DNA from: an uncultured Planctomycetia bacterium
GTDB taxonomy: Bacteria > Omnitrophota > Gorgyraeia > JABMRG01
Length of the DNA: 64,000 nt
NCBI GenBank assembly: GCA_964634945.1
Contig: CAZWMG010000002.1
Span: 38,661-102,660, forward strand
Reading direction: 5' to 3'
Position 1 is the first letter of the stretch, and every line of letters begins with the position of its first letter. This document shows, in pieces, positions 8,837-18,746 of this stretch. The translations under genes were made by a program, and so were the position numbers. Below the pieces are notes generated by a model. The model was given only the letters and a program-made list of their open reading frames with translations, was not told where the DNA came from and did not search any database.

Positions 8837-10663
8837 ATGCAAAACATTTCCCTAAACAATCTCTTGTCAAGAGCATCCAAGCAGAAGCATTATATCCTTC
8901 TCGAGACAAGCAGGACCGATAAGAGCAACAAAACCAGTTACCTATTTAAGAACCCACTAAAGATCGTATCATGTGATTCTCCCGGTCAAACAAAGCCCTC
9001 AATAGACAAAATAGAGTCTTTTTTAAAGAAAGGTTATTTCGCGGCGGGCTTTCTCTCCTATGAGGCAGGCTTTGCAATGGAAGACGCGCTTAAAGCAAAA
9101 GTGGGCCGCGGTTTTCCGCTTATCTGGTTTGGAATATTTAAAGATGTGGAAGCCTTTGACCATTCAAGGACTCAATTTAATGACGATATTTCTAAGGGTA
9201 CCTACAGGATAAAAGATGTGAAGCCGGAGGTATCTAAAAAAGAGTACATAAACTCTATAAAAAAGATAAAGGCTTATATAGAAAAAGGGGATACGTATCA
9301 GGTAAACCGCACCTTTAAGCTCGATTTTTCTTTTACCGGGTCCATTCCTGACCTTTATCTGTATCTTAGAAGAAAGCAGAGCGTATCATATTCAGCCCTT
9401 GTTAAGATTGACGAACAATATATACTCTCTTTCTCTCCGGAATTATTCTTTAAAAAAGATAAAGATTTTATACGGGTAAAACCGATGAAGGGGACTATTG
9501 GCAGGGGGCGCCTGTTTAATGAGGATACGCAAAACGCTAAGATGCTGCGCCTCTGCCCAAAGAACAGAAGTGAGAACATCATGATTGTAGATCTCCTGCG
9601 TAATGATCTAAGCAGGATATCCAGGAAAGGCTCAGTAAAGACCAGGAGATTTTTCTCGATAGAAAAATATGAATCACTCTTTCAGATGACCTCCACAGTA
9701 GAGAGCAAGGTGCGCAGAGGAGTCTCTCTGTATGAGCTTTTTAAAGCGACATTTCCCTCAGGTTCGGTAACAGGCGCGCCAAAGATAAGTTCAATGAAGA
9801 TAATAGATAAGCTTGAGAAAAGCCCCAGAAAAATATATACAGGAAGCATAGGCTTCCTGGCCCCTAAAGGAGAAAGCGCTTTTAGTGTCGCTATACGCAC
9901 ATTACTGATAGATAAGAATAAGAAAAAAGGAGAGATGGGTATTGGCAGCGGCATAGTCTATGATTCTGACCCCAAGAACGAGTATGATGAGTGTATATTA
10001 AAGGCGAAATTTTTAACGGAAAGAACAAAGGATTTTTCTCTTATCGAAACCCTGCTGTGGGAACCGAACAAGGGCTACCCTCTTCTCAAGTTCCACTTAG
10101 AAAGGCTCTCCGCGTCAGCGAAATATTTTGATTACTATTGCAGCAAAGCAATGGTGACAGCCTTTCTTAACAAGCTCACCAAGGTTTTTGACAATAGGGC
10201 GTATCGCGTGAGGCTCTTGCTTAGTAAAAACGCAGAAATTAGCGCCACGTATGATGTTATTGAAGAAGATAATAGCCCTAAGATAATTACTTTTTCAGAA
10301 AAAAAGACAGACTTCTCGGACAGATTTTTATTTCATAAGACCACGAACAGAAATATCTATGATAGAGAGCATAAGAAATATAAAAAACAAGGTTTTTTTG
10401 ATGTAATATTTTGCAATAGGAATAATGAGGTTACAGAGGGCGCGATATCTAATATTTTTATTAAAAAGGGCAACAAGTATTATACGCCGCCTAAGATGTG
10501 TGGTTTACTCGATGGCGTATATAAGAAACATCTTATTTCAAAAAAGATACTAAATATTGAAGAGAAGATATTGACGCCTAATGATATAAAAACAGCACAG
10601 AGAATATTTCTTACAAACGCTGTGCGAGGCACGGTTCCTGTAAAATATGTAAAAAAGGGCTAA
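8837..10663 (+). CDS. pabBC: Bifunctional aminodeoxychorismate synthase component I / aminodeoxychorismate lyase (PabB-PabC fusion)
   Basis: Chorismate-binding 'PSGSVTGAPKISSMKII' and 'GIGSGIVYDSDP' (TrpE/PabB family). The C-terminal ~230 aa has a class IV aminotransferase-like fold ('LLWEPNKGYPLLKFHLERL'). Confidence 0.7.
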   Translation: MQNISLNNLLSRASKQKHYILLETSRTDKSNKTSYLFKNPLKIVSCDSPGQTKPSIDKIESFLKKGYFAAGFLSYEAGFAMEDALKAKVGRGFPLIWFGIFKDVEAFDHSRTQFNDDISKGTYRIKDVKPEVSKKEYINSIKKIKAYIEKGDTYQVNRTFKLDFSFTGSIPDLYLYLRRKQSVSYSALVKIDEQYILSFSPELFFKKDKDFIRVKPMKGTIGRGRLFNEDTQNAKMLRLCPKNRSENIMIVDLLRNDLSRISRKGSVKTRRFFSIEKYESLFQMTSTVESKVRRGVSLYELFKATFPSGSVTGAPKISSMKIIDKLEKSPRKIYTGSIGFLAPKGESAFSVAIRTLLIDKNKKKGEMGIGSGIVYDSDPKNEYDECILKAKFLTERTKDFSLIETLLWEPNKGYPLLKFHLERLSASAKYFDYYCSKAMVTAFLNKLTKVFDNRAYRVRLLLSKNAEISATYDVIEEDNSPKIITFSEKKTDFSDRFLFHKTTNRNIYDREHKKYKKQGFFDVIFCNRNNEVTEGAISNIFIKKGNKYYTPPKMCGLLDGVYKKHLISKKILNIEEKILTPNDIKTAQRIFLTNAVRGTVPVKYVKKG

Positions 10664-10664
10664 T

Positions 10665-11495
10665 ATGCTTAAAAAGATTACGTTGCTTATTGCTTGTATT
10701 ATGTTGTCTACTCAGATCCTTTACGCGGGCCAGAACTTCACCACTTCCAACAGAAAGGCCGCGGAGAAGGTCAAAAAAGAAATTGTAATCGAACCTCCCC
10801 AACCGCAATTACCGGAGTATGAGTATCTTAAATATACGGTACGTTGGCTAGGCATACCTGTCGGATATATCACAGCTTCTATTAAAGGGATAAAAACTAT
10901 GCGCAACAGAAGGGCGTACCTGCTTGAGGTAGTCGTAAAAACAAACGCGTTCTGTTCAGCTATATATAAGATAGACGACCGCTTCTTATCTTACATGGAT
11001 GTTGAAGGAAAGTATACGTTACGCCATGAAGTCTACCGCAGGGAGGGTAGGTATAAAAAAGACGCTGTTACGGATTTTGATCAGATAGCGCATAGGGCGC
11101 ATTTTAAAAACTTCCTAGATGGTTCAGAAAAAGACTTTGACATACCCCCTAATGTGCAGGATACTTTAAGCGCATCTTATTATTTTAGATTGCTACCAGT
11201 GGATATAGGGGCAAGAATTGAGTATGCTGTATGCAATAATGAGGCTATTTATAAACTTTTAGGGGTTATCGAATCAAAAGATTTTATAAAGGTGCCGGGG
11301 TTAGGCAAAAGAGCGGCTTTTTTTATGCAGCCATATGCCAAGCTTAAGAAGAAGAGAGTAAAGAAGGGAAGGGCCAGTGGTTATTTTAGCACCGACTCAA
11401 AGAGACTGCCCTTATTGGCTGTTGTTCGAGCGCCTATACTTACAAAGGTTACAGCCTCATTATCAGAAATAGCATATGGACAAGATATAGAATAA
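10665..11495 (+). CDS. Secreted DUF3108-like protein, paralogue of 7951-8820
   Basis: Signal peptide 'MLKKITLLIACIMLSTQILYA'. The 'YLKYTVRWLGIPVGYITASI...YKIDDRFLSYMDVEGK' pattern is recalled from DUF3108. Confidence 0.4.
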   Translation: MLKKITLLIACIMLSTQILYAGQNFTTSNRKAAEKVKKEIVIEPPQPQLPEYEYLKYTVRWLGIPVGYITASIKGIKTMRNRRAYLLEVVVKTNAFCSAIYKIDDRFLSYMDVEGKYTLRHEVYRREGRYKKDAVTDFDQIAHRAHFKNFLDGSEKDFDIPPNVQDTLSASYYFRLLPVDIGARIEYAVCNNEAIYKLLGVIESKDFIKVPGLGKRAAFFMQPYAKLKKKRVKKGRASGYFSTDSKRLPLLAVVRAPILTKVTASLSEIAYGQDIE

Positions 11496-11576
11496 GTGGT
11501 ATATTATTTTTATACGATCCCGTCGTTAACTAAGAGATATAGATATAAAATAAAGCTTTTAAATTTATTACCTTGT

Positions 11577-11665
11577 GGAGAGGTGTCCGAGTTGGTTGAA
11601 GGAGCACGCTTGGAAAGCGTGTATACAGCAATGTATCCAGGGTTCGAATCCCTGCCTCTCCGCCA
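11577..11665 (+). tRNA. tRNA-Ser (anticodon GGA) with a long variable arm and encoded CCA
   Basis: Hand-folded: acceptor GGAGAGG/CCTCTCC, anticodon stem CACGC/GCGTG, loop TTGGAAA, variable arm ATACA/TGTAT, T-arm CAGGG-TTCGAAT-CCCTG, discriminator G, CCA. Confidence 0.85.
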
Positions 11666-11749
11666 CAGTTTTTTTAATCATCATAACTTTAATGTTGACA
11701 AGGAGATAAAAAAGTGATACATTAGTTAAAAAGGTAGCTTGCCCAAACG

Positions 11750-12478
11750 TTGCCCAGAAAAGAAGATGTGATGATAATGTGGCCGAAAAATATAGTAAAG
11801 AAAATTATTTTAGCAATCCAACTAAGGATTGCTTTTTTATTTAAACTAATGCACAGAAAGAGAGACTTAATTGTAAATACTCTTTTTGCTTTTGCGTTAA
11901 TAACTATATTTCTTGGAAAAAATAGAGGCCCACTTGACAGGCTATTAGGATTCATGTTAATTCTTGGTTTGTTAGGAATTTTAAGGGCTGCTTATCAAGC
12001 TTTTTGTGATATTGCTGATGAAAAAAAGAATTATCATCGCGTGATAATTATATGGCTTGCAATAGCAACTATTTTAACTTTTGCATATTCGCTAACAGAG
12101 TTTACTCGCCCAATAATTAACAGCGGTTTGATAGAACTCGATTACACTGTAGATGCTGATTTATTAATTCTCAATCCAGATAAAGGATTTAAGGCAAAGA
12201 AGATGCCGGGCTTAATTAATTGGCAAATATATTTCCCACGCGGAATACATGAAATAAAAAATATTGTGTGCGAATCTAAATCAACAAAAAAAAGAGTATC
12301 TTGGCAAGAATACGTAGACTTTGAAGTCAAAGATAATTATATTGAATCTCGACACGAATTTAATTTGCACCATCCCGATTGGCGCATAGGTAAGCTTATG
12401 ATTGTTTATGAGTATAGATTAAGTCCTATTGAATATTTCAAAACTCCTATAAAGATCTTTGTAGAAAGGTTTAAATAG
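11750..12478 (+). CDS. Hypothetical membrane protein (three predicted TM helices plus a soluble C-terminal domain) between attL and the integrase
   Basis: ORF track. Hydrophobic segments are visible. No recognisable family. Confidence 0.35.
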   Translation: MPRKEDVMIMWPKNIVKKIILAIQLRIAFLFKLMHRKRDLIVNTLFAFALITIFLGKNRGPLDRLLGFMLILGLLGILRAAYQAFCDIADEKKNYHRVIIIWLAIATILTFAYSLTEFTRPIINSGLIELDYTVDADLLILNPDKGFKAKKMPGLINWQIYFPRGIHEIKNIVCESKSTKKRVSWQEYVDFEVKDNYIESRHEFNLHHPDWRIGKLMIVYEYRLSPIEYFKTPIKIFVERFK

Positions 12479-12483
12479 TAAAG

Positions 12484-13515
12484 ATGGCAACCTTACGAAA
12501 ACATCAAAGTGGAACGTATTTTATAGATTATCGCTTAAGTGGTAAGCGATTACGTAAGACTGTGCCCACTAAGTCTAAGAAAATGGCAGATCTTGTTTTG
12601 AAAGAGTTTGAAGTTAATCTTGCCAAAGGAGAGTTAGGTTATGCTGTAAAAGACGAAGTCCTGGAGAAGCTGTTTAGTGACTACCTAAAATATTCCAAAA
12701 CCCACCATTCACAAGGCACCCAAAATAGATATAGAGCTATATTAGATAATTTTAGGCGTTTTCTTAAGAGTTACCCCCATATTTCAAAAATATCTCAAAT
12801 GGATACAAGGCTGTTTGAAGATTATAAAACTTCTCGCTATGAGGAAGAAGTGAGTAATAAAACTATCAACATTGAATTACGAACGATTCGTGCTATGTTT
12901 GCACTTGCTAAGCAATGGGGCTATATCAAAGAAAATCCTACAGATGGTGTGAAATTCTTAAAGGTTAGAAAGGATGATAAGCCACGCTTTCTTTCCAAAG
13001 ATGAGTGTAAGAAGCTATTAGACGCATGTAACAAATGGGAATATCCAGTTTTTTATGCTTTTCTCTATACAGGCATGAGAAAAAGCGAGTTACTTTTTTT
13101 AACATGGAATGATGTTGATTTTGTGAGAGGCAAGATAAAAATAAGGGCCAAAGAAGGTTGGGTACCTAAGACCTCGGAGAGAGAAATACCTGTTAATAAT
13201 GGCCTCAAAGAGCTTCTGCAAGGCCTCAGGGCCACGAAAAAGAGCGAATGGGTGTTCTGTGATGAACGGGGCCAGCAAATCGAAAACAACCGTCTTAGAA
13301 AACGCCTCATGAGCATAGCAAAGCGGTGTGGTTTTGGTGATGTGACAAAACTACATACCCTCCGCCACACTTTTGCAAGCCATCTTGTTATGAGCAGCGT
13401 GGATCTGCCCACAGTAAAGAAACTTATGGGGCACTCAGACATACAAACAACAATGATATATTCTCATTTAGCAGATGAGCATGTAGATAAAGCAGTAGAG
13501 AAACTGGAGTTTTAA
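12484..13515 (+). CDS. int: Tyrosine site-specific recombinase (phage integrase family)
   Basis: C-terminal catalytic motifs 'HTLRHTFASHLV' and 'LMGHSDIQTTMIYSHL' (R..HxxR..Y). N-terminal SAM-like core-binding domain. Confidence 0.85.
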   Translation: MATLRKHQSGTYFIDYRLSGKRLRKTVPTKSKKMADLVLKEFEVNLAKGELGYAVKDEVLEKLFSDYLKYSKTHHSQGTQNRYRAILDNFRRFLKSYPHISKISQMDTRLFEDYKTSRYEEEVSNKTINIELRTIRAMFALAKQWGYIKENPTDGVKFLKVRKDDKPRFLSKDECKKLLDACNKWEYPVFYAFLYTGMRKSELLFLTWNDVDFVRGKIKIRAKEGWVPKTSEREIPVNNGLKELLQGLRATKKSEWVFCDERGQQIENNRLRKRLMSIAKRCGFGDVTKLHTLRHTFASHLVMSSVDLPTVKKLMGHSDIQTTMIYSHLADEHVDKAVEKLEF

Positions 13516-14205
13516 ATGAAGTTCAAAGGAGTGAATTTAAATAAAATAGATAAGATGGGAGCCCTAGCTTTTAAAAATTGCTTAAGGTTACATTTTGATT
13601 CCATAGTGCTATTTAACAGTAAGTCATATCCTTCGGCGTTGTATTTTTCAATACTATCCCTTGAAGAATTTGGCAAAGCTATTTTATTATCTGATTTTGT
13701 GTGGCACTCTAGAGTAGACGGGAGATATAATGCAGTTCAAGATAAAGATCTTAAAAAAGAATTTGGAGAAGACTTAGAACATTATGTTTTAAAGGAAATT
13801 TATTCACATAGTTATAAACAGCGATATTTTGCTTCTGAAATGTTACAATCACGGAAGAAACCATCACGTCTATTTAAAAGTATAGTCAATAATGAGCTTG
13901 AGACAGAGAAGCAAAACTCGATGTATGTAGGATTTACTAGAAAGAAAGGCAAGATAGATTTCAAAAGCAAGATAAAGCACCCATTCAACATAAAAAGAGA
14001 AAAAGTTTTAAAGCAGATAACTAGGCTTAATGATATACTTTTAGAATTAGTGTTACTTGACATAATATACAATGAAGGCTACTTATTTAACTTGGAGTCA
14101 TCGGAGAGCATTGTAACAAAGCAATTGTATCAAAAGTTATTTGACGTATGGAAATTTAAAAGCAAGCCTGTTTTGCGAAGGTTAAAAAAATGTCAAAAAA
14201 TATAG
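13516..14205 (+). CDS. Possible AbiV/HEPN-like abortive-infection protein
   Basis: The N-terminal 'NCLRLHFDSIVLFNSKSYPSALYFSILSLEEFGKA' resembles the AbiV-family HEPN helix pair. This is from memory and no search was run. Confidence 0.3.
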   Translation: MKFKGVNLNKIDKMGALAFKNCLRLHFDSIVLFNSKSYPSALYFSILSLEEFGKAILLSDFVWHSRVDGRYNAVQDKDLKKEFGEDLEHYVLKEIYSHSYKQRYFASEMLQSRKKPSRLFKSIVNNELETEKQNSMYVGFTRKKGKIDFKSKIKHPFNIKREKVLKQITRLNDILLELVLLDIIYNEGYLFNLESSESIVTKQLYQKLFDVWKFKSKPVLRRLKKCQKI

Positions 14206-14387
14206 ATTAGTACTAATGTGTCTCGAATTTACTCTTGCACACTATAGCATGAATGTAACTACATAATATCTATATAGTTAAATAAGAAACATAAAGTATA
14301 ACATATTAATCTTAGCAGATAAGCATATGAATACAGCAGTTAAGAAGTTGAAGTTTTAATTGAAAAAGTGTTAACTGGGGTAGACTA

Positions 14388-15227
14388 ATGAACCAATTTT
14401 TCTATGGGATTATTTTTCTTGTTTATGGTGCCGGATTTTTTAGTATTGTATATGGAATAATAAGACTTGTTTTATCATATGTGAAATTCGCAAAAACTTT
14501 TAATGGTACTGCTAAAGACTCGATTCTTGCCTGGGTCTTTAACGTAACTAAGAAAGTTAAATATTTTGCTTCTAAAAATAAAATAGAGGAACTAACAAGA
14601 ATTAGACCAAATTACGCTCGGTTTTTTAATACCATATGCATGATGGTTGTCTTCTTGATTAATGCCCCAATATTTTTTATACAAATGGGTTTAGTCTTAT
14701 TATGCGGAAATGTAGAATTTCTTTGGTGGTTACCGTTAAGCTTATACGACATTTGGCACATTTTTATCATTATTTTTTCTTTCTACTTAGCTGTAAGTAA
14801 ATTTTACTACTTATCTATTTTTATAGCATTTTTAATGGTCATATTAGGGTTGTCTGAAGTTTTAGACAATTTCAAGCGAGATGAGGAGGGGAAGATGAGA
14901 ATAGAGGTTATGCCAAAACATAAAATTAGAATATTATCTATTCTCATAGATTTCCTTATTATTATTCTGGCATATGGTGCTATTTATTTTTCTATTTTCA
15001 ATATTAATAATAATACATTTGCCAAAAGCTTAACTATATTTGATTCTGTGTACTTTAGCTTTATCACTATTTCCACAGTTGGGTATGGAGACATAGCGCC
15101 TACAAATGTTCTGTCTAAAGCGTTAGTTGTTTCAGAAATTATTGTGGGATACACTTTTCTAGTTATTGTTTTTGCTGTATATATTAATGTATGGATTAGG
15201 CGAACTACGGAAAGCGAAAAAAAATAG
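14388..15227 (+). CDS. Multi-TM membrane protein with a C-terminal K+-channel pore (canonical TVGYGD selectivity filter) and no cytoplasmic gating domain
   Basis: 'FSFITISTVGYGDIAP' followed by an inner helix. Several N-terminal hydrophobic helices. Confidence 0.55.
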   Translation: MNQFFYGIIFLVYGAGFFSIVYGIIRLVLSYVKFAKTFNGTAKDSILAWVFNVTKKVKYFASKNKIEELTRIRPNYARFFNTICMMVVFLINAPIFFIQMGLVLLCGNVEFLWWLPLSLYDIWHIFIIIFSFYLAVSKFYYLSIFIAFLMVILGLSEVLDNFKRDEEGKMRIEVMPKHKIRILSILIDFLIIILAYGAIYFSIFNINNNTFAKSLTIFDSVYFSFITISTVGYGDIAPTNVLSKALVVSEIIVGYTFLVIVFAVYINVWIRRTTESEKK

Positions 15228-15290
15228 TTTGAAATTCAATGAAAAGAATGAGAACAAGGTGTTCTTTAATGATATTTAGGAGGTGAAAAA

Positions 15291-15485
15291 ATGGCTATAT
15301 TTCTTTTTTTATTATGTGCATTAAGTTTTTTCTCTGGGGTTATGGCTACAATAACAGCTACAACAATATTTCAGCAGATTATAGGAGCTATATCTTTATT
15401 ATCAGCAGCTATTTTGTTAATAGGTGCAAGTGCTGTTAATGCGATAGACAAATTAACACTTGAGATAAGAAAAGAAAAAAAGTAA
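15291..15485 (+). CDS. Small 2-TM membrane protein, hypothetical
   Basis: ORF track. 64 aa, almost entirely hydrophobic. Confidence 0.3.
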   Translation: MAIFLFLLCALSFFSGVMATITATTIFQQIIGAISLLSAAILLIGASAVNAIDKLTLEIRKEKK

Positions 15486-15557
15486 AAAAGTATTTAGGTG
15501 GCTGAAAATATAAGCGACGGATAAGGTGTTCTTAAGTAAAGAATAGCGAGGCGTGAG

Positions 15558-15941
15558 ATGAAAAAGAGTATTTTGTTTCAAATTTTACTTGTTATTATTT
15601 TATCAATACCTAACTATGTAAAAGCAGAGGAATGGCAAAATATTTGCCCTGACCCAAATGTTATATATTGTGATAATGTAGGAAAGGACGCCTACAACAA
15701 CAATATAAATCCCCCTTTCTTAAGAGGTATTAAGCTCGGTAAAATAATAGGTGTTACTTGGAGACCAAAAGGTAGTGTAGTGGGTATTTCAGAAGCTATG
15801 CCAGAAGCAGGAATACCAAAAGAGGTAAGAAAATCGCCCAGAGATGCTTATTATTACATAATAGACGATGGAATGGTAGATGCCAAAGGAAAGAAGAAGC
15901 CTCCTTTTCTCAGGCAATGCAGGGAAATAGATGCAAAGTAA
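15558..15941 (+). CDS. Secreted hypothetical protein with a signal peptide
   Basis: 'MKKSILFQILLVIILSIPNYVKA' signal. No family recognised. Confidence 0.35.
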   Translation: MKKSILFQILLVIILSIPNYVKAEEWQNICPDPNVIYCDNVGKDAYNNNINPPFLRGIKLGKIIGVTWRPKGSVVGISEAMPEAGIPKEVRKSPRDAYYYIIDDGMVDAKGKKKPPFLRQCREIDAK

Positions 15942-16224
15942 AAGAGTATGGTTTAGATAGGCAGGCAAAGGGTGAAGAACAGATAGTTCTAGTGCAAAAG
16001 TATTTGTAAAATAAAAATGGGGTGATATAATAAAAATATAAGATTTTAATAGGAACGTAGCTTTTCTTATCGAAAATCAACACGCTAGAAGAAAAGGACT
16101 ATGTCCCAAGCACGAAAGTGCTTTGGGGCAAGCGGTCTTTGCTTTCACTAGCGTGTTGGGCTTAGACTTAAAAATGCTTGCCCTTTTTTATTGAGAAGGC
16201 ATAGCGAAATAGGAGAAGAACACA

Positions 16225-16470
16225 ATGAAAAAAATAATCTTATTATTCACACAAAAAATTGAATGGTGTTTAACGTTAATAGGTTCTTTTATGGTTACTT
16301 CAGGCATAATAAATTTTTCTTCTGGCTGCGAGTTTAAACTTGGGGGGAAAGCGACTTATGCCTATTATTACTATTACAGTACACATGATAAAATTATAAT
16401 TACATTAGGTGTTGTTTTCTTAGCGCTAGGCATATTGATATATAAAGAAAAACGAGCCAAACAACAATAG
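16225..16470 (+). CDS. Small membrane protein, hypothetical
   Basis: ORF track. Two hydrophobic helices. Confidence 0.3.
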   Translation: MKKIILLFTQKIEWCLTLIGSFMVTSGIINFSSGCEFKLGGKATYAYYYYYSTHDKIIITLGVVFLALGILIYKEKRAKQQ

Positions 16471-16614
16471 AAATGGTATTGACAATAATAAACTATAGGC
16501 ATATAATATGTATGAAAATTTGATAAGTCCCGTGTTAGAAGGGGGAAACCCGGACTTTAAAAAAGTAAAACCTTCGCTCAAAAGGCGGAGGCTTTTTATT
16601 TGAAAGGACAATAA

Positions 16615-17367
16615 ATGGGTAAGGAGTTTTCGGCAGGAGCTATTATTTTTCGAAAGCCAGAAAACTGGGCACTTTTTCTACTTGTTTATAGCAAAAGAAA
16701 TAAAATATGGTGTTTTCCAAAAGGACATATAGAGCCCGAAGAAAGTGAAAAAGAAGCAGCGCTGAGGGAGATAAAAGAAGAGACAGGCATATCTGACCTA
16801 AGATTTGTTGATGGTTTTAGGGAAGAGGATATATATAAGACGAAAAGCAATAGAGGCAAGCACGAAGGAGAGATTATAGAGAAGCATTCTATATACTTTT
16901 TATGTGAAACATCATCTGGGTTATCGAGTGAAGATATTGTAGTTGATGGTAGCGAAATAGCAGATTATAAATGGCTTTCTTTATCTGATGCTAAAAAGTT
17001 GCTTACTTTTGACAGCTTAATAGTGTTGGTAAAAAAAGCAGAAGTATTTGCACATTTAGACATTCCTAAAAATACACAATGGAAAAGGATAGCAATCAGT
17101 CATAAGATTGACCGATATGTATTAGATATCTCTAAATATACATTGCCATACTATGAAGTACAACGAATTGACATTGGTGGAGATGATCACAGAGTGTATT
17201 TTGTAGTTCCTGGTAATCACTTTGGTATGCCTTATGGCAAAGACATAAGAGACTTGATTGATGAATGCAGCAAATATTGGAAAGGCCCATACTACGATCA
17301 CATAAAGGCAATTAAGGAAGATTCAAAAAAAAGAGGTTTACCATCCGATATTGAAGCGGATAAATAA
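16615..17367 (+). CDS. Nudix hydrolase with a ~100-aa C-terminal extension
   Basis: Perfect Nudix box 'GHIEPEESEKEAALREIKEETGI' (Gx5Ex7REUxEExGU). Confidence 0.75.
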   Translation: MGKEFSAGAIIFRKPENWALFLLVYSKRNKIWCFPKGHIEPEESEKEAALREIKEETGISDLRFVDGFREEDIYKTKSNRGKHEGEIIEKHSIYFLCETSSGLSSEDIVVDGSEIADYKWLSLSDAKKLLTFDSLIVLVKKAEVFAHLDIPKNTQWKRIAISHKIDRYVLDISKYTLPYYEVQRIDIGGDDHRVYFVVPGNHFGMPYGKDIRDLIDECSKYWKGPYYDHIKAIKEDSKKRGLPSDIEADK

Positions 17368-18070
17368 TATGAAGATTTTATTCAGTTTTTTTGTAATAGT
17401 TTTCTTTGCAGTCCCTATATGTATGGCAGATGAGTTAATTCCTCAACAAATAGAATGGGAAGGTAGAACATATGATCTTGCTCCTTGGGACGATCGTAAC
17501 AAAAGTGTAGTTTATGGTGATTTTGATGGAGATGGTGAAGAGGAAGCCATAGTTAATTTTCGGGTTGTTGAAGAGGGTGATACCGATATTCAGTTTCCGC
17601 ATGTATTCCATATTATATACGATGATGTTGATAGCCATCCCCGTATTGTTAAAACTATTAAATCTATAGATGAGCGCTTAGATAAAGTATTGCTGATAGA
17701 TTTACCGGATAAACAAGGGAAGTCACGCAAGACAATAGCTATTTTTGGTTCAGGTGGTAATCATTATACAGCTCTTGAAATATACCAATATAGAAATGGT
17801 GACTATGGAAGGATATTTGTAAATGGTAGTGCTTGTCCAGTAGAAATTAAAGAGGATGCAGATCCTTTGCAAATATGGGTAGGAAGGGCTAACTGGGAAA
17901 AAGAAGGTTGGTGTTATGCAGACTTGAATTACCTATGGCAAGTATATAATTGGGATGGAGAGCGATTTAATTATAGTGATGAGCTTAGCACTTGTATTGA
18001 AATAACGGAAGAACAAGAGCTCTCGAGATTCATAGCACAATTTAGGGATAAAACGGAAGATTTGAGTTGA
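17351..18070 (+). CDS. Secreted hypothetical protein
   Basis: Signal peptide 'MKILFSFFVIVFFAVPICMA'. Acidic 'FDGDGEEEAIV' motif. No family call. Confidence 0.35.
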   Translation: MKRINNMKILFSFFVIVFFAVPICMADELIPQQIEWEGRTYDLAPWDDRNKSVVYGDFDGDGEEEAIVNFRVVEEGDTDIQFPHVFHIIYDDVDSHPRIVKTIKSIDERLDKVLLIDLPDKQGKSRKTIAIFGSGGNHYTALEIYQYRNGDYGRIFVNGSACPVEIKEDADPLQIWVGRANWEKEGWCYADLNYLWQVYNWDGERFNYSDELSTCIEITEEQELSRFIAQFRDKTEDLS

Positions 18071-18428
18071 TCTAAAAAGTGGTTTCTGGCATTTTTTACT
18101 TGTTTTTTTGAAAATCTATGATACTATATTAAATAGGTAAAGTTCTTTATATAGTTAAAAAGCTAATAAAAATGTTTCGGTACTCGTTTTCGGTAGCGAT
18201 AATTACCGGTTTTATGCTGAAGCAGGAGGCGTGGAACCTCAAAAAAAACCATCTTTGGCAAATGGCGACATAGCACAAAGAAATTAGCGCGTAGAGCTTA
18301 ACTTATAACGCATATAAGCATAGAGTTCAACACAGGGAGATAGTGTACCCTAGTTGGGCTCTTTTCATTGTAGACCCATTAGGATGCATAATCTTAGTGG
18401 GTTTTTTATTTTAATAGGAGACATAGAA

Positions 18429-18746
18429 ATGAAAAGTAAACTCGGTATTGAAGAAGTGCAGATAGTTTTGATCAAGCCTACAAATGGTTTAATTGGTTTT
18501 GCTTCCTGTGTTACTAACGGTCAATTTTACATTGGCAATATAGCGATATATACATCCTTGAGTAAGCCTGGTGAGTACCGCTTGACCTATCCAACAAAAA
18601 AGCTGTCTTCTGGTAAGCAATTGCCATGCATACACCCAATAAATAAAGAAACAGAGGCTGCTATACAAGAAGCGATTATAGCAAAATACAAAAAATTGAT
18701 TGAGGAAGTGATAGAGAATGATGAAAAAGCTCAAGGTGGGGCCTAG
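18429..18746 (+). CDS. spoVG: SpoVG-family protein. The likely true start is the MKSKLG methionine inside track ORF 18354-18746.
   Basis: 'EVQIVLIKPTNGLIGFASCVTNGQFYIGNIAIY...CIHPINKETEAAIQEAI' matches the SpoVG fold pattern. An RBS-like 'aggagacatagaaATG' precedes it. Confidence 0.6.
   Translation: MKSKLGIEEVQIVLIKPTNGLIGFASCVTNGQFYIGNIAIYTSLSKPGEYRLTYPTKKLSSGKQLPCIHPINKETEAAIQEAIIAKYKKLIEEVIENDEKAQGGA

Noticed and set aside
11496-11717. Track ORF of 73 aa overlapping the tRNA-Ser gene
   Set aside because: It is the tRNA sequence translated (GTG start) and reads straight through a structural RNA. Not coding.
18354-18428. N-terminal 25 codons of the track ORF for SpoVG (MGSFHCRPIRMHNLSGFF...)
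   Set aside because: This region overlaps a terminator-like hairpin and precedes the RBS. The conserved SpoVG fold starts at the internal Met at 18429.
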